A stretch of 64,000 nucleotides of DNA from Pseudomonadota bacterium. Lineage in GTDB: Bacteria; Desulfobacterota; Desulfobacteria; Desulfobacterales; JBDRRP01. Below, piece by piece: positions 27,798-37,484 of this stretch; positions within the stretch are counted from its first letter, which is position 1; each line of letters begins with the position of its first letter. A program made the translations under genes and the position numbers. A model generated the notes under the pieces. The model had not been told where the DNA came from and searched no databases. It was given only the letters and a program-made list of their open reading frames with translations. The stretch is taken from NCBI GenBank assembly GCA_043825735.1, contig JBDRRP010000090.1:1-64000 (forward strand). The letters run 5' to 3'.

Positions 27798-29519
27798 ATG
27801 AGCATGGAAGACGTTATCGCACGGTGTCTGCCCGCCTACAGCATCGGGGAAAAAGTCGGCGAAGGGATCTACGGCTGCGTTTATCGCGTATTTGACGACT
27901 ACAAGCAGCGTGCTGTCAAAGTCGTACCCATCAGCATCGAGCGGTCCCTGGACTGCCGCACTCCCGAAGCGCTCGACTCGCAGGTGAGCCGCGACTTTCA
28001 CGTGGTCAAGGCCTACTACGACCAGATCAAGGGGCCCGGCGTCATCGAGGTCTACGATTTTCACCTGATGGACAAGATTGTTACGCCCCAGAAGGCCGAA
28101 GCCCATCTGGTAATCCTCATGCAGCTGTGTCCGTCAAATCTGATGGACTACGTCCTTGACCAGTTCCCGCTGCCGCCATCGGGCGTGTTGCGGCTCATGC
28201 GCTCGCTGGCCGATGTGCTTCAGCGGCTTTCCGAGAAATCCGAAGAAGTCTTTCTGCTCACCGACCTCAAACCGTCCAACATCCTGATGGACGACGCCGG
28301 CCGGCCACTCATCGGCGATCTGGGCGGCATCAAGCGGGTCGGGGGGGCCTCCACCTCAGTGGCCCCCCAGTTCACCCCGAACTGGTCCTCGCCGGAGTTC
28401 ATCCTCAGCGGCGCAAGCCCCCAGCTCGCCTCGGTGATCTTTGCCTACGGGCTGGTGAGCTATTTTCTGGCCGAAGGCCGGCTGCCGTACGAGAAAGAAA
28501 ATTTCGTCGAGCGCATCCGCCTCATGAAAACCGGTGGCGTTTCCTTTCACCGGAAGAAACTTCCCATGGGCATCCGGCAGCTCATCTGCGCCTGCCTGGC
28601 CCACGACCCAGACCAGCGGCCGGCCAGCTTTGCCGAACTGGTGGCACACCTCAACGACATCTCCGAGGAGCATCGGGGCAACGCCAGCTACGGCATCGGC
28701 AACCGGGTGAACATCACGGGGGCCCGAAAGCCGCAACTGAACGGCTCGGACGCCGGCGCCGGCTCGCGCCCGATTGCGGTCCCGCCGCCCCCGCGCGAGC
28801 AGCCCCCGTGGACCGAACCGGTGGTGGGCATTTCCTTTGTGTGGATTCCCGGCGGGGCCTTTGATTTTGCGATTCCGAATCTCAGCCTGCCGTCCGCGCC
28901 CCCCCTTATGGAAACCATTGTCGTGGGCGGTTTCTGGATGGCCACCACGCCGGTGACTCAGGGCCAGTGGCGCCGGGTGATGGGGAGCAACCCGGCCATG
29001 TTCACCAAAGGCGATACTTACCCGGTGGAAACCGTTTCCTGGGAAGAGTGCGCCGATTTTCTCCGGCGCTTGGCCGCCATGAATAGCAACCGCTATCACT
29101 TTACCCTGCCCACCGAAATCCAGTGGCAATATGCGGCCACTGCCGGCGGTCAGCTGGACGCTACCGCGGTGGCGCCGAATGTCGACCAGCAGGCCTGGCA
29201 TCGGGCCAACAGCGGCATGTCCACCCAGCCCGTGGGGCTCAAGGAGCCCAATGCCCTGGGCCTCTTCGACATTCTCGGCAACGTCATGGAATGGTGCGGG
29301 GAAAACGCCTCGCAGGTCATCTATCGCGCGGGCCGGCGCCGCACCTCCATTTATGCCGACGTGGGCAACCGGCAGCCCGGCCGGGGCGGCAGCTGGAAAT
29401 CCGCCGCCGCAGATTGCTGCCCGGCCTATCAGCGCATGTTTACACAGCAACTCGGCTATGCCACGCTCGGGTTCAGGGTCGTGCGGCTTTACGGGGAAGA
29501 CGGCGGCAGTAGCGCCTGA
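27798..29519 (+). CDS. Ser/Thr kinase-like domain fused to FGE-sulfatase (SUMF1) domain
   Basis: GEGIYGCVY, AVK, TDLKPSN, GDLG; C-terminal TLPTEIQWQYA, NALGLFDILGNVMEWC, RGGSW, LGFRV. Confidence 0.85.
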   Translation: MSMEDVIARCLPAYSIGEKVGEGIYGCVYRVFDDYKQRAVKVVPISIERSLDCRTPEALDSQVSRDFHVVKAYYDQIKGPGVIEVYDFHLMDKIVTPQKAEAHLVILMQLCPSNLMDYVLDQFPLPPSGVLRLMRSLADVLQRLSEKSEEVFLLTDLKPSNILMDDAGRPLIGDLGGIKRVGGASTSVAPQFTPNWSSPEFILSGASPQLASVIFAYGLVSYFLAEGRLPYEKENFVERIRLMKTGGVSFHRKKLPMGIRQLICACLAHDPDQRPASFAELVAHLNDISEEHRGNASYGIGNRVNITGARKPQLNGSDAGAGSRPIAVPPPPREQPPWTEPVVGISFVWIPGGAFDFAIPNLSLPSAPPLMETIVVGGFWMATTPVTQGQWRRVMGSNPAMFTKGDTYPVETVSWEECADFLRRLAAMNSNRYHFTLPTEIQWQYAATAGGQLDATAVAPNVDQQAWHRANSGMSTQPVGLKEPNALGLFDILGNVMEWCGENASQVIYRAGRRRTSIYADVGNRQPGRGGSWKSAAADCCPAYQRMFTQQLGYATLGFRVVRLYGEDGGSSA

Positions 29520-29807
29520 CGGCGCGCCATATGTTCGCTTCGCGAACGTCAATTGCTCGCGATGCTCGCGTCATTAGTCGGCTACGCCCATGCCACTAAT
29601 GGCCGGTTCGGTAAGCTTTCAATCACGTTCGCGTAGCGAACCTCTGGCGCCCCGCAGGGGCATTTGACGCTCCGAAGGAGCATATGACGTCGGCGAAGCG
29701 GTCGCGTAGCGACCAAATGACGCGAGCATCGCGAGCATTTGACGTGCCGTAGGCACTATTGACGCTCGCGCAGCGAGCTATTGACGCTGGCGCAGCCGGC
29801 AATTGAC
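29511..29807. repeat. Divergent array of TGAC plus GNA-loop mini-hairpin units (family D)
   Basis: TGAC-GCTCC-GAA-GGAGC, TGAC-GTGCC-GTA-GGCAC, TGAC-GCTCGC-GCA-GCGAGC; central spacer resembles the one at 17407-17433. Confidence 0.88.
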
Positions 29808-29827
29808 CTCTTCACGCAAGGCAAGCC

Positions 29828-30616
29828 ATGATCATAAGACAGGCGCGCGAAAACGGACAGTCCAGACGCTTCGCTTTTTTCGGCCGCTGTTTGGTGGCGG
29901 CACTGGTGATGGTGTCTGCGGCGGCTTGCGCAACGGTGTCTCCGGCGCCGCCGCCGGTTCCGGCCACCAAGCGGTTCTCGGCTGACATGTCCGGGCACCG
30001 TTGGTATTATGCCCGGTTTCGAATGGCCTGGCCGGTGGATACCGAGCCCCGGCTGTTTGTTGACACCATGCTGGCTCGTGAAGTGGTGGCGCCGGTGCTG
30101 GCCAGCCGCGGGGGAGATATCGCCCTGTGGCGGTTTCACCGGCGTGCCCGCCGAGATGATGCCGGGCACCAGTTCAGTTTTATATTTTATGCCCCGCCTG
30201 AGCCGGCAGACGCGATTCTCGATGCCTTGAACAAAAGCCCCGCCGCGGCGCGTCTGAAGGATGCCGGCGTTGTGGCGGCCGTCAGCACCGGCGGCTATGG
30301 TGGCTCCGGTGGCGGACAGCCGCTGTCGACCACCAGCGATACCAACTGGTCCGAGGCCATGCAGCGCGCCTGGCCCCTGTACATTGACGGGGTCAGCCGT
30401 CTCTGGCTGGCCTTGATCGAAGAGGCAGCCACGGCCCAGGGGATGAGCGAAGCGCCGGCAGATATGGACGCCTGGCTGGCGCAGTACCAGGCGATCAATG
30501 CGACCATCACCGCCACCTGGCAAAACGAGGGTCGCCACGCGCTGCTCCATCACCTGAATGCCATTTTCGGATACGAGCCGATTCCGGTGGTTGAGCAGCG
30601 GATGCTGCGCTTCTAA
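29828..30616 (+). CDS. Hypothetical protein, probable lipoprotein
   Basis: Hydrophobic stretch ending AAAC; globular remainder. Confidence 0.65.
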   Translation: MIIRQARENGQSRRFAFFGRCLVAALVMVSAAACATVSPAPPPVPATKRFSADMSGHRWYYARFRMAWPVDTEPRLFVDTMLAREVVAPVLASRGGDIALWRFHRRARRDDAGHQFSFIFYAPPEPADAILDALNKSPAAARLKDAGVVAAVSTGGYGGSGGGQPLSTTSDTNWSEAMQRAWPLYIDGVSRLWLALIEEAATAQGMSEAPADMDAWLAQYQAINATITATWQNEGRHALLHHLNAIFGYEPIPVVEQRMLRF

Positions 30617-30813
30617 TGCGTGTCCGGCCACAGGCGGCATCTTTGCCTTAGAAACCCTGCGCTGCGCGCAGGGTTCCAGGCGAAAAGCATGGCCCCTGGC
30701 GGCGTGTTCGCACTTTTTGAAAATCTCAACGGTGTTCCGCTACGCCTCCGGTTTCAAAAATGCTCGGGCCTTGCCAGGGACCAAAATCTACCGCCTGTGG
30801 CCGGACACTGTGG

Positions 30814-30938
30814 ATAGATAAAAGCCCCAAAAGATGTCCCCCCGGCGAAGGCCGGGGTCCAGAAATCTCTGAACGCACTGGTTCCAGGCCTTCGCCGGGA
30901 TGACAGAATCAGGAATCCGAATTTTTGCAGCACCATCG
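30814..30938. repeat. Degenerate family A element
   Basis: GTCCCCCCGGCGAAGGCCGGGGTCCAG...CCTTCGCCGGGATGAC interior, as at 41548-41690. Confidence 0.65.
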
Positions 30939-30948
30939 AGGACCCGTT

Positions 30949-31224
30949 ATGAACCCACCGGATGACGCATACCGACCGGCGTTCGAAAAACTGACCGCGC
31001 GCTGCCGGGCGTTGACCGAGCGCTATGCCCGGGCTCGGATGGACGACGGCGAGCGTCACAGCACCATTGCCTTCGAGTTCGGTTATCTCTTCAAGGACGC
31101 CCGCGAAGCGCTGCCCGCAGATCCTGAGAGCCCCTGGGGGATCGAGGCCTTCGAGACCGCCTACGAGGAGATCCGCTTCGCCTGCTTTTCCGAGCCGACC
31201 GCCGGCGATACTGATGCTTCATAG
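30949..31224 (+). CDS. Small hypothetical protein
   Basis: GAGG RBS; protein-like composition; flanked by repeats. Confidence 0.45.
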   Translation: MNPPDDAYRPAFEKLTARCRALTERYARARMDDGERHSTIAFEFGYLFKDAREALPADPESPWGIEAFETAYEEIRFACFSEPTAGDTDAS

Positions 31225-31449
31225 AGAGAGAAACCACGAAGAACACGAAGTTCACGAAGAAAACCCCATAAAAGCGTTGGTTAAAAAAGCTTCGTGTCCT
31301 TCGTGAACTTCGTGGTAATCAAAACACGCTTATGAAATGTTAGCCGTTGAGGCCGCACTGGAGCGCTGCCGGGAAGTGTAAATCATTATTGGCTTATCTC
31401 TGAGTTCTCTGCGCCCTCTGTGGTGATTAGGGGCTTTTGGAGGATGACC

Positions 31450-32196
31450 ATGATCATCACGCAGACCCGCACCATCGACTATTTCGAGGCTGATCCGGTC
31501 TTTCGGGTGAAACTGGGGGTTCTGATCAAACGGCTCCAGGAAGCGGCCGTGAGCCATTCCGAATCGGTGGGCTTTGGCTCAAGGAACATGGCCGGCAACA
31601 AGAATGCCTGGATTTTAAATCGCCTGGGCATCGATATCATCCGCTGGCCCGCCTATCTGGAGCCGCTGACCGTCACCACCTGGCATCGGGGCTCACGGGG
31701 CTTTATGGCCTACCGTGACTTCCGGCTCTCCGTCGAAGGCGAGCCCGTCGCTGTCGCCACCAGCCGGTGGCTGTTTTTCGATCTTGGCAGAAAGCGCGTG
31801 GTCAAGGTTCCCCCCGAGACGACCGCCGCCTACGGCGCTGAGGATGATCGCGCCACGGACATGGATCTGGACACCTGGTCGCCGCCGGCCGCCCCTAACA
31901 TCGTAACCCGGCTGGACATCAGCACGCGCGCCAGCGACTACGACCCCAACGGCCATGTCAACAACGCCGTCTATTTCGATTACCTGGAAACCCTGCTTGT
32001 CGCAGAAACGCACGGCGGCGATCTCCCGAAGCGATTTCTGATCCAGTACCAGAAGGAAATCCCGCGGGAGGTGGCTTCCATCAGTGTGGGAACAGGGCCC
32101 GGAAACACCGAACGCAGTTTTTCCATATGGGGTGACACCAGTACCTATGCCAGCGGTGAAATCATTTTCTCGCCACCAGTGAGTGGCTCTGTCTAA
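31450..32196 (+). CDS. Acyl-ACP thioesterase (double hotdog)
   Basis: LQEAAVSH, WILNR, VTTW, DYDPNGHVNNAVY. Confidence 0.88.
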   Translation: MIITQTRTIDYFEADPVFRVKLGVLIKRLQEAAVSHSESVGFGSRNMAGNKNAWILNRLGIDIIRWPAYLEPLTVTTWHRGSRGFMAYRDFRLSVEGEPVAVATSRWLFFDLGRKRVVKVPPETTAAYGAEDDRATDMDLDTWSPPAAPNIVTRLDISTRASDYDPNGHVNNAVYFDYLETLLVAETHGGDLPKRFLIQYQKEIPREVASISVGTGPGNTERSFSIWGDTSTYASGEIIFSPPVSGSV

Positions 32197-32227
32197 AATT
32201 CGAATCTGTTGAGAAAGGAAAATTAAA

Positions 32228-32671
32228 ATGGAACAAAAGCCCTTGGCGTCTGCACGATCCGATACGCCGAAACAGCACAGGCGCCGGAAAAAACCGATAT
32301 TTCTGATGGCCGGAATCATCGTCTGCATGGTGATCGGCGCCGTCTCGCTTTCATTTGCCCAGTCATTGCCGGATCTCAGCGGGCGGTGGTCCGGTGACTG
32401 GGGCGAGGTCGTACTTGAGCGTATCGGCCCCGTGTCCTATGCGGGCACCTATTCGAGCACCCATGGCAAAGATGTCGGCCGGATGACGTTTTCCCATGTT
32501 GCCGGAAACTACGAGGGCAAATGGTGGGAAGGCACATTCCGGATGGGGGTGATCACGCTCCAGGTCTCCGATGACGGGCGCGTGCTGACCGGTCTGTGGA
32601 GCGCCAGCCCTGCCAGCACGATCAATCCGGGGCAACCCATACAATCGTCCTGCCGATGGACCAAAAAATAA
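32228..32671 (+). CDS. Exported beta-rich hypothetical protein
   Basis: Signal peptide; LSGRW.., GKW and TGLW beta-strand repeats; AAGGA RBS. Confidence 0.6.
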   Translation: MEQKPLASARSDTPKQHRRRKKPIFLMAGIIVCMVIGAVSLSFAQSLPDLSGRWSGDWGEVVLERIGPVSYAGTYSSTHGKDVGRMTFSHVAGNYEGKWWEGTFRMGVITLQVSDDGRVLTGLWSASPASTINPGQPIQSSCRWTKK

Positions 32672-32730
32672 TCGCCAATTGTGAGGAACATTGCCTCCAT
32701 GACCAATAGCGGTGCTCACGCAGTCAGTAC

Positions 32731-32758
32731 TTGACAATGATATCACTATTGGTACTAT
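32731..32758 (+). promoter_or_regulatory. Promoter/operator of hicAB
   Basis: TTGACA-16 bp-TACTAT with palindrome TGATATCA in the spacer. Confidence 0.55.
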
Positions 32759-32769
32759 GGCATAGAATC

Positions 32770-33030
32770 ATGACAAAAATATCTGACATCTTAGCACAGA
32801 TGAAAAACAATCCTAAAAATGTCAGATTCGCCGATCTTTATAAGGTATGTGATGAATTCTTTGGGGAAGCCCGAATTCGTGCAAGCAGCCATCGTATCTA
32901 TAAAACGCCGTGGCAAGGGGACCCAAGAATCAATATCCAGAATAGCAAGGGGAAGGCCAAAGCATACCAGGTGAAGCAGGTGCTACTGGCAATAGAAAAG
33001 TTGGAGGTCAACCGTGGCTCTGAGAAATGA
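32770..33030 (+). CDS. hicA: HicA family toxin
   Basis: NPKNVRFADL, SSHRIYKTPWQGDPRINIQ, KAKAYQVKQV. Confidence 0.88.
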   Translation: MTKISDILAQMKNNPKNVRFADLYKVCDEFFGEARIRASSHRIYKTPWQGDPRINIQNSKGKAKAYQVKQVLLAIEKLEVNRGSEK

Positions 33031-33343
33031 TCGTTATACATACCGAGTGACGTGGTCGGAGGACGATGCAGACTATGTCGGTCTGTGCGCGGAGTTTCCG
33101 AGCTTGAGTTGGCTGGCGCATACCCCGGAGGCGGCATTAAAGGGGATTCGAAAATTGGTGGCCGATGTCGTGAAGGATATGGATGAAGGCAGGGAGTCGG
33201 TCCCACAGCCTATTGCATGTCGGCCCTATAGTGGGAAATTCATGGTTCGAGTGCCCCCGGACGTTCATCGAAAGCTTGCCGTTCAAGCAGCGGAATCCGG
33301 AGTGAGCCTCAATCGCATTGCCAGTTCCAAATTGAGCCAATAA
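33014..33343 (+). CDS. hicB: HicB family antitoxin
   Basis: YTYRVTWSEDD..YVGLCAEFPSLSW; YSGKFMVRVPPDVHRKL. Confidence 0.9.
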   Translation: MALRNDRYTYRVTWSEDDADYVGLCAEFPSLSWLAHTPEAALKGIRKLVADVVKDMDEGRESVPQPIACRPYSGKFMVRVPPDVHRKLAVQAAESGVSLNRIASSKLSQ

Positions 33344-33600
33344 ATCCAAGCATCAAACAACAAGGGCTTGCAGCCGACGAGAACGACTGCGCGGCTGCAA
33401 GCGCGACGTCCATGCGCCAAGCCTATCTTTGTGCGACTTATAGGAAGCGAGCCCCTGCCGGGCCGTGGGGTGGCTTTGCCCCATGGTTTCGGTGCGGAAA
33501 GCGAGAATGGCCTTTCCAAGAAAGGATCCTCTTCGCACGCTTTAAACAGGTACATTTTCGCATTTTTTGAAAAGACCCATTTTAAAAAGCATTATCTATT

Positions 33601-33807
33601 ATGATGAGTACATCGGTATTGATGTGGGGGCTGCTTTACGGGTCAATCGGCTTGGGACTGTTTATCTATGGGAAAAAACAAGGAGCAATGATTCCGCTGC
33701 TATGCGGCATCGGGTTGATGGTTCTGCCCTATTTGATTACGAACGTATACATCCTTGCGATTTCAGGTGCGGTGCTGGTCATCGCTCCTTTTGTGATTAA
33801 AATCTGA
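33601..33807 (+). CDS. Small membrane protein
   Basis: Hydrophobic; GSIGLGLFIYGKKQ and LMVLPY motifs. Confidence 0.65.
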   Translation: MMSTSVLMWGLLYGSIGLGLFIYGKKQGAMIPLLCGIGLMVLPYLITNVYILAISGAVLVIAPFVIKI

Positions 33808-33837
33808 TGCCGTCTTTTTCAAATCGGTGTGGATCTG

Positions 33838-34126
33838 GATTCCGGATCTCGCTTCACTCGTCCGGAATGACGAAAAAGAGAAAAACCGACTTTTTACGGG
33901 GCTGTCAATCTCGATGGTCCCATAAAAGGCTGAATCTCTCGTAAAGCCGCAAAGATCGAAAAGCTAACTAGTGTCCATCCATGGGAAACCTCTTGCTCCC
34001 TCTCCCTTGATGGGAGAGGGCTGGGGTGAGGGTGGCAACCCGGCGATAACAAGAGATCATCTTTTACCGACCGCCCCCTCCCCTGGCCCCTCCCGCGAGG
34101 GGAGGGGTATTTATGGATGGGCACTA
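33838..34126. repeat. Composite repeat cluster: family A halves plus a TAGTGTCCATCCAT...ATGGATGGGCACTA element (33969-34126) enclosing CCCTCTCCC/GGGAGAGGG palindromes
   Basis: 14-bp terminal inverted repeat with 1 mismatch; nested hairpins. Confidence 0.7.
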
Positions 34127-34201
34127 ACTAACAGATATTAAGTATGTTTTTCTTGGCGCACGCGGCGTCTTGACAAGAGAATTGCATTTTTACATGTTTG
34201 T

Positions 34202-34255
34202 CCATCTCCCATCTCCCATCTCCCATCTCCCGTCTCCCATCTCCCGTCTCCCATC
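34202..34255 (+). repeat. Heptamer tandem repeat CCRTCTC, 7 full copies plus a partial one
   Basis: Direct reading of the sequence. Confidence 0.9.
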
Positions 34256-34416
34256 AAGTTGCGGTTGTGGAACCCGCCCAGACACAGTACACTGCAAGGG
34301 CAATCGACCCGAACAGAATGAGCGCGGGCTATGGCGAACCACCACCACCACCGGCACGCGATCCCCGGATGTCTGCCTTTCGCCGCCCGCCGCACGCGAT
34401 CATTTAGGAAGCCAGC

Positions 34417-35178
34417 ATGAACCCGAGAGTAAAAATTGCCTCCGCCCAGACCCCGGATGGTGGCGAAATGGTGCTTTACCAGCATGATCGGGATTTTTTG
34501 ATCACGATCAACGGTCAGGATCTGATGCACAGTCGTCAGCATGAGTCTGAACTGGCGCTGGCGCGGCTGGGCTGCGCGCATCTGGCCGCGAACCCGGCGC
34601 CGAGCGTACTGATCGGCGGGCTTGGGCTGGGCTATACCCTGCGCCAGGCGCTCGATATGGTCGGCGCCCAGGCCAAAGTGGTGGTCGGGGAACTGATGGG
34701 TGATGTCGTTCAGTGGAATCGTACGTATTTGGGTGCGCTCAACGGCCATCCCCTGGCAGACGGTCGGGTTGATATTCAAACGGGCGATATCGTCGCGCTC
34801 ATTTCACGATCAAAGAACCGTTTCGATGCGATTCTTCTGGATGTCGATAACGGCCCCAGAGCGATGACCGATTCGGGCAATCGGCGTCTATACGGATATG
34901 AAGGCATCAGCGCCTGTCAGCGCGCGCTGCGGGGGCAGGGGTGCCTTGCGGTGTGGTCGGCTGAGCCGAGCAAGAAATTCGAGCAGGTGCTGATGGGTTG
35001 CAACTTTCACGTGCGCCGGTTCCGTGTCCCTGCCTATCAGGGAAGTAAATCGCAGTACCGGTTCGTATGGGTCGCCTCGGAGGACAACCGCCGGCTGCCC
35101 CCGGGCGGCGGTGAACCGCGCAAACCGATCAAAAAATTGTCGACGGGGCGCCGCAGACGATCCCGAGAAAGCCGATAA
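34417..35178 (+). CDS. Spermidine-synthase-like SAM-dependent protein
   Basis: LMHSRQHESE, VLIGGLGLGYTL, FDAILLDVDNGP, LAVWSA. Confidence 0.85.
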   Translation: MNPRVKIASAQTPDGGEMVLYQHDRDFLITINGQDLMHSRQHESELALARLGCAHLAANPAPSVLIGGLGLGYTLRQALDMVGAQAKVVVGELMGDVVQWNRTYLGALNGHPLADGRVDIQTGDIVALISRSKNRFDAILLDVDNGPRAMTDSGNRRLYGYEGISACQRALRGQGCLAVWSAEPSKKFEQVLMGCNFHVRRFRVPAYQGSKSQYRFVWVASEDNRRLPPGGGEPRKPIKKLSTGRRRRSRESR

Positions 35179-35264
35179 TCGTTGAGTGAACCTCGCCGCC
35201 GGTTTGGCCCGGGGCTCTGAGCGAGGCGCCGGGTTTCCAAGGCAATCACTGGAGAATAAAAAAT

Positions 35265-35936
35265 TTGATTGAGAATAGCGATATCGCTATGGGCCCCGAA
35301 AAATTCGGAGCCGATATGCCGGTTACATCCGAAGAGCATTTTGTCACGGGCGTGTATTCGGCCGTGGATAAAGCCGCTGCCGGCGGCCTTGACTTTCTGC
35401 GAAGCGAGGGAGGGATCGTTGCCACCTGCAAGGTGGGCTGTTGCCACTGCTGCCAGTTTCATATCCTCACCAGCAGCGCAGAGGCCCACGCCCTGGGGCA
35501 ATACGTGAAACGAGAATTGTCGGAGCAACAGATTGACGCTCTTCGGCAGCGCACCCGGCAATGGCATGACTGGGACAGCTCCAGACCCGGCAGATATCCG
35601 TCAGAAAGCCGCCATGCGCAGACGGATCTTTCCCGCTATGATCATAGCTGCCCGCTGCTGGTCGATGGCACCTGCAGCGCCTATCCCGTGAGGCCGGTCG
35701 TGTGCCGCACCCATTTTGTCCGCTCGCCCCAACGATCGTGTTCAGAGGCGAACAACCCTGAATCGACGGAAGATGCGCCGGTGGTGCTCACATCCGTTGT
35801 GGCGGCAGCCAGACCGTTTTCACTGGAAATCAGGGCGCATATCGAAAACGAAGGCCGTGATTTCTCACGCTCCTTCATGCTTTTACCGCAGTGGCTGGCC
35901 ATCGAGATGGACTGGGACTTTGCCATAGCGCACTGA
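35265..35936 (+). CDS. YkgJ-family cysteine cluster protein
   Basis: CKVGCCHCC ... CPLLVDGTCSAYPVRPVVCR. Confidence 0.85.
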   Translation: MIENSDIAMGPEKFGADMPVTSEEHFVTGVYSAVDKAAAGGLDFLRSEGGIVATCKVGCCHCCQFHILTSSAEAHALGQYVKRELSEQQIDALRQRTRQWHDWDSSRPGRYPSESRHAQTDLSRYDHSCPLLVDGTCSAYPVRPVVCRTHFVRSPQRSCSEANNPESTEDAPVVLTSVVAAARPFSLEIRAHIENEGRDFSRSFMLLPQWLAIEMDWDFAIAH

Positions 35937-35976
35937 TAACCGGAACCCGAATTCCTGATCCGGAGAGGACATTTTT

Positions 35977-36441
35977 TTGCTGCACATTTTTATCGATGCC
36001 GATGCCTGCCCGGTCAAACAGGAAGTATACCGCGTCGCAGAACGATATCGCCTCGATGTCACTCTGGTGGCCAACACGCGGATGCGCGTTCCCACCGCGC
36101 GAAGGATTTCACTCGAAGTCGTCTCCGGCGGTTTTGACGCGGCCGATGACTGGATTGTCGCGCACGTACAGCCGCGGGACATCGTCATCACCGCTGACAT
36201 TCTGCTGGCGAGCCGCTGCGTGGCGGCAGGCGCGCGCGTCATCGGCCCTACCGGCAAGCCCTTTACGGAAGACAACATCGGCTCGGCGGTCGCAACGCGC
36301 GATCTGCTGTCGGATCTTCGCAGTGCCGGAGAGATCACCGGCGGGCCCAGGCCGATCAATCAGCGCGACCGGTCACGGTTTCTTCAACAGCTCGATACGG
36401 TGATTCAATCGATTCGACGGGAGCAGTTGCTCGACCATTAG
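35977..36441 (+). CDS. YaiI/YqxD (UPF0178) family protein
   Basis: IFIDADACPVK, DAADDWI, DIVITADILLA. Confidence 0.9.
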   Translation: MLHIFIDADACPVKQEVYRVAERYRLDVTLVANTRMRVPTARRISLEVVSGGFDAADDWIVAHVQPRDIVITADILLASRCVAAGARVIGPTGKPFTEDNIGSAVATRDLLSDLRSAGEITGGPRPINQRDRSRFLQQLDTVIQSIRREQLLDH

Positions 36442-36529
36442 GAATGCAAATTGGGCGATGTGGCAGATTCGACCCGGCATGCGCGGCAGGCCGGAGCCAT
36501 TTTACGGCAAAGGAGGAGGGACATGGATC

Positions 36530-36949
36530 ATGAATGAAGATGCCTGGAAAATGATTCAGCAGCATCTCGGTTATGACGACGAGGAACTGGCGCTATTTCG
36601 AAGCAATCCCAAGAATGTCGAAATCATGTCAAAAGCGCCCGCCTTGATGCAGAAAACGATTGTCGCTGAAGTAGTCGCCTCCCATGGGTGCAACAGCCGG
36701 CATCTCGTGGGTGATCGGTTGTATTTCGATGGTGCCGGCAATCTGATCACCAAACTGAATCCGAAGCGCATTTGCATCCATGCCCTTAGCGCCCTTGCCG
36801 GGCCCATTTACGTGGCCAACGAGTTGTTCTACGCGGGTGTCGATCCCAATGACATGCGGCTGAACCGCGTCGGCTGTTTCGATGTGGGGGTCCGCTGCGG
36901 CGGGTGGGGGCACATCGTACTGGCGCTGAGCGTAGAAGATCGGAAATAG
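36530..36949 (+). CDS. Hypothetical Cys-containing protein (TIGR04076-like pattern)
   Basis: AEVVASHGCNSRHLVGD, ICIHAL, GCFDVG; AGGAGG RBS. Confidence 0.65.
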   Translation: MNEDAWKMIQQHLGYDDEELALFRSNPKNVEIMSKAPALMQKTIVAEVVASHGCNSRHLVGDRLYFDGAGNLITKLNPKRICIHALSALAGPIYVANELFYAGVDPNDMRLNRVGCFDVGVRCGGWGHIVLALSVEDRK

Positions 36950-37484
36950 CTGGTTTCACCGAAAGCCATCGTCTTTCTGGATCGGTTCCCGGCCATTGTA
37001 ATCCGACCCATGAATGCCGTGACTTTTTACGAACGGGACTGCCATGCCATTCATACACATCAAATCGCTGCCATAAGCCCAAAACGAAAGGAGACGCCTG
37101 CGAGCGGTCATCGATGTATGCTTTTTATCCTTTTGAGCGTCGTGGGAGTGGTGCTTTGGTTTTCTGCCGCGCTCGCTGCCGGCGTCCAGCCAAAGACGCC
37201 CTGTGACGGGTCGATTGCCCGGCTGGAGGATACCTATCGCGCAGACGCCACCTTCAAGTTCATGCTCGATCAGGCCTTCAAGAACATGCACCAGGTGCCT
37301 GACGGCTACGCGGACGCCAAAGATTTTGTGGGCGGCACGGCGCTCATCGGTCGGCGACATCGAAAAAAGCAGCCCTGCTGCACAACATGTTAATCTAAGT
37401 CACTTTGAAATAGTAGATAGGCCCGTTGATTTTTACCACGGAGGCACCGGCATTATTTCTTGGGTTTTGTGCATCACCCGGTTA

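Noticed and set aside
29370..29490. DGR variable region in the FGE/CLec C-terminus
   Set aside because: No template repeat or reverse transcriptase seen in the window
37010..37393. Exported-protein ORF, possibly an N-terminal gene fragment
   Set aside because: Signal-like stretch present, but I cannot assign the family with confidence and the C-terminus looks like readthrough
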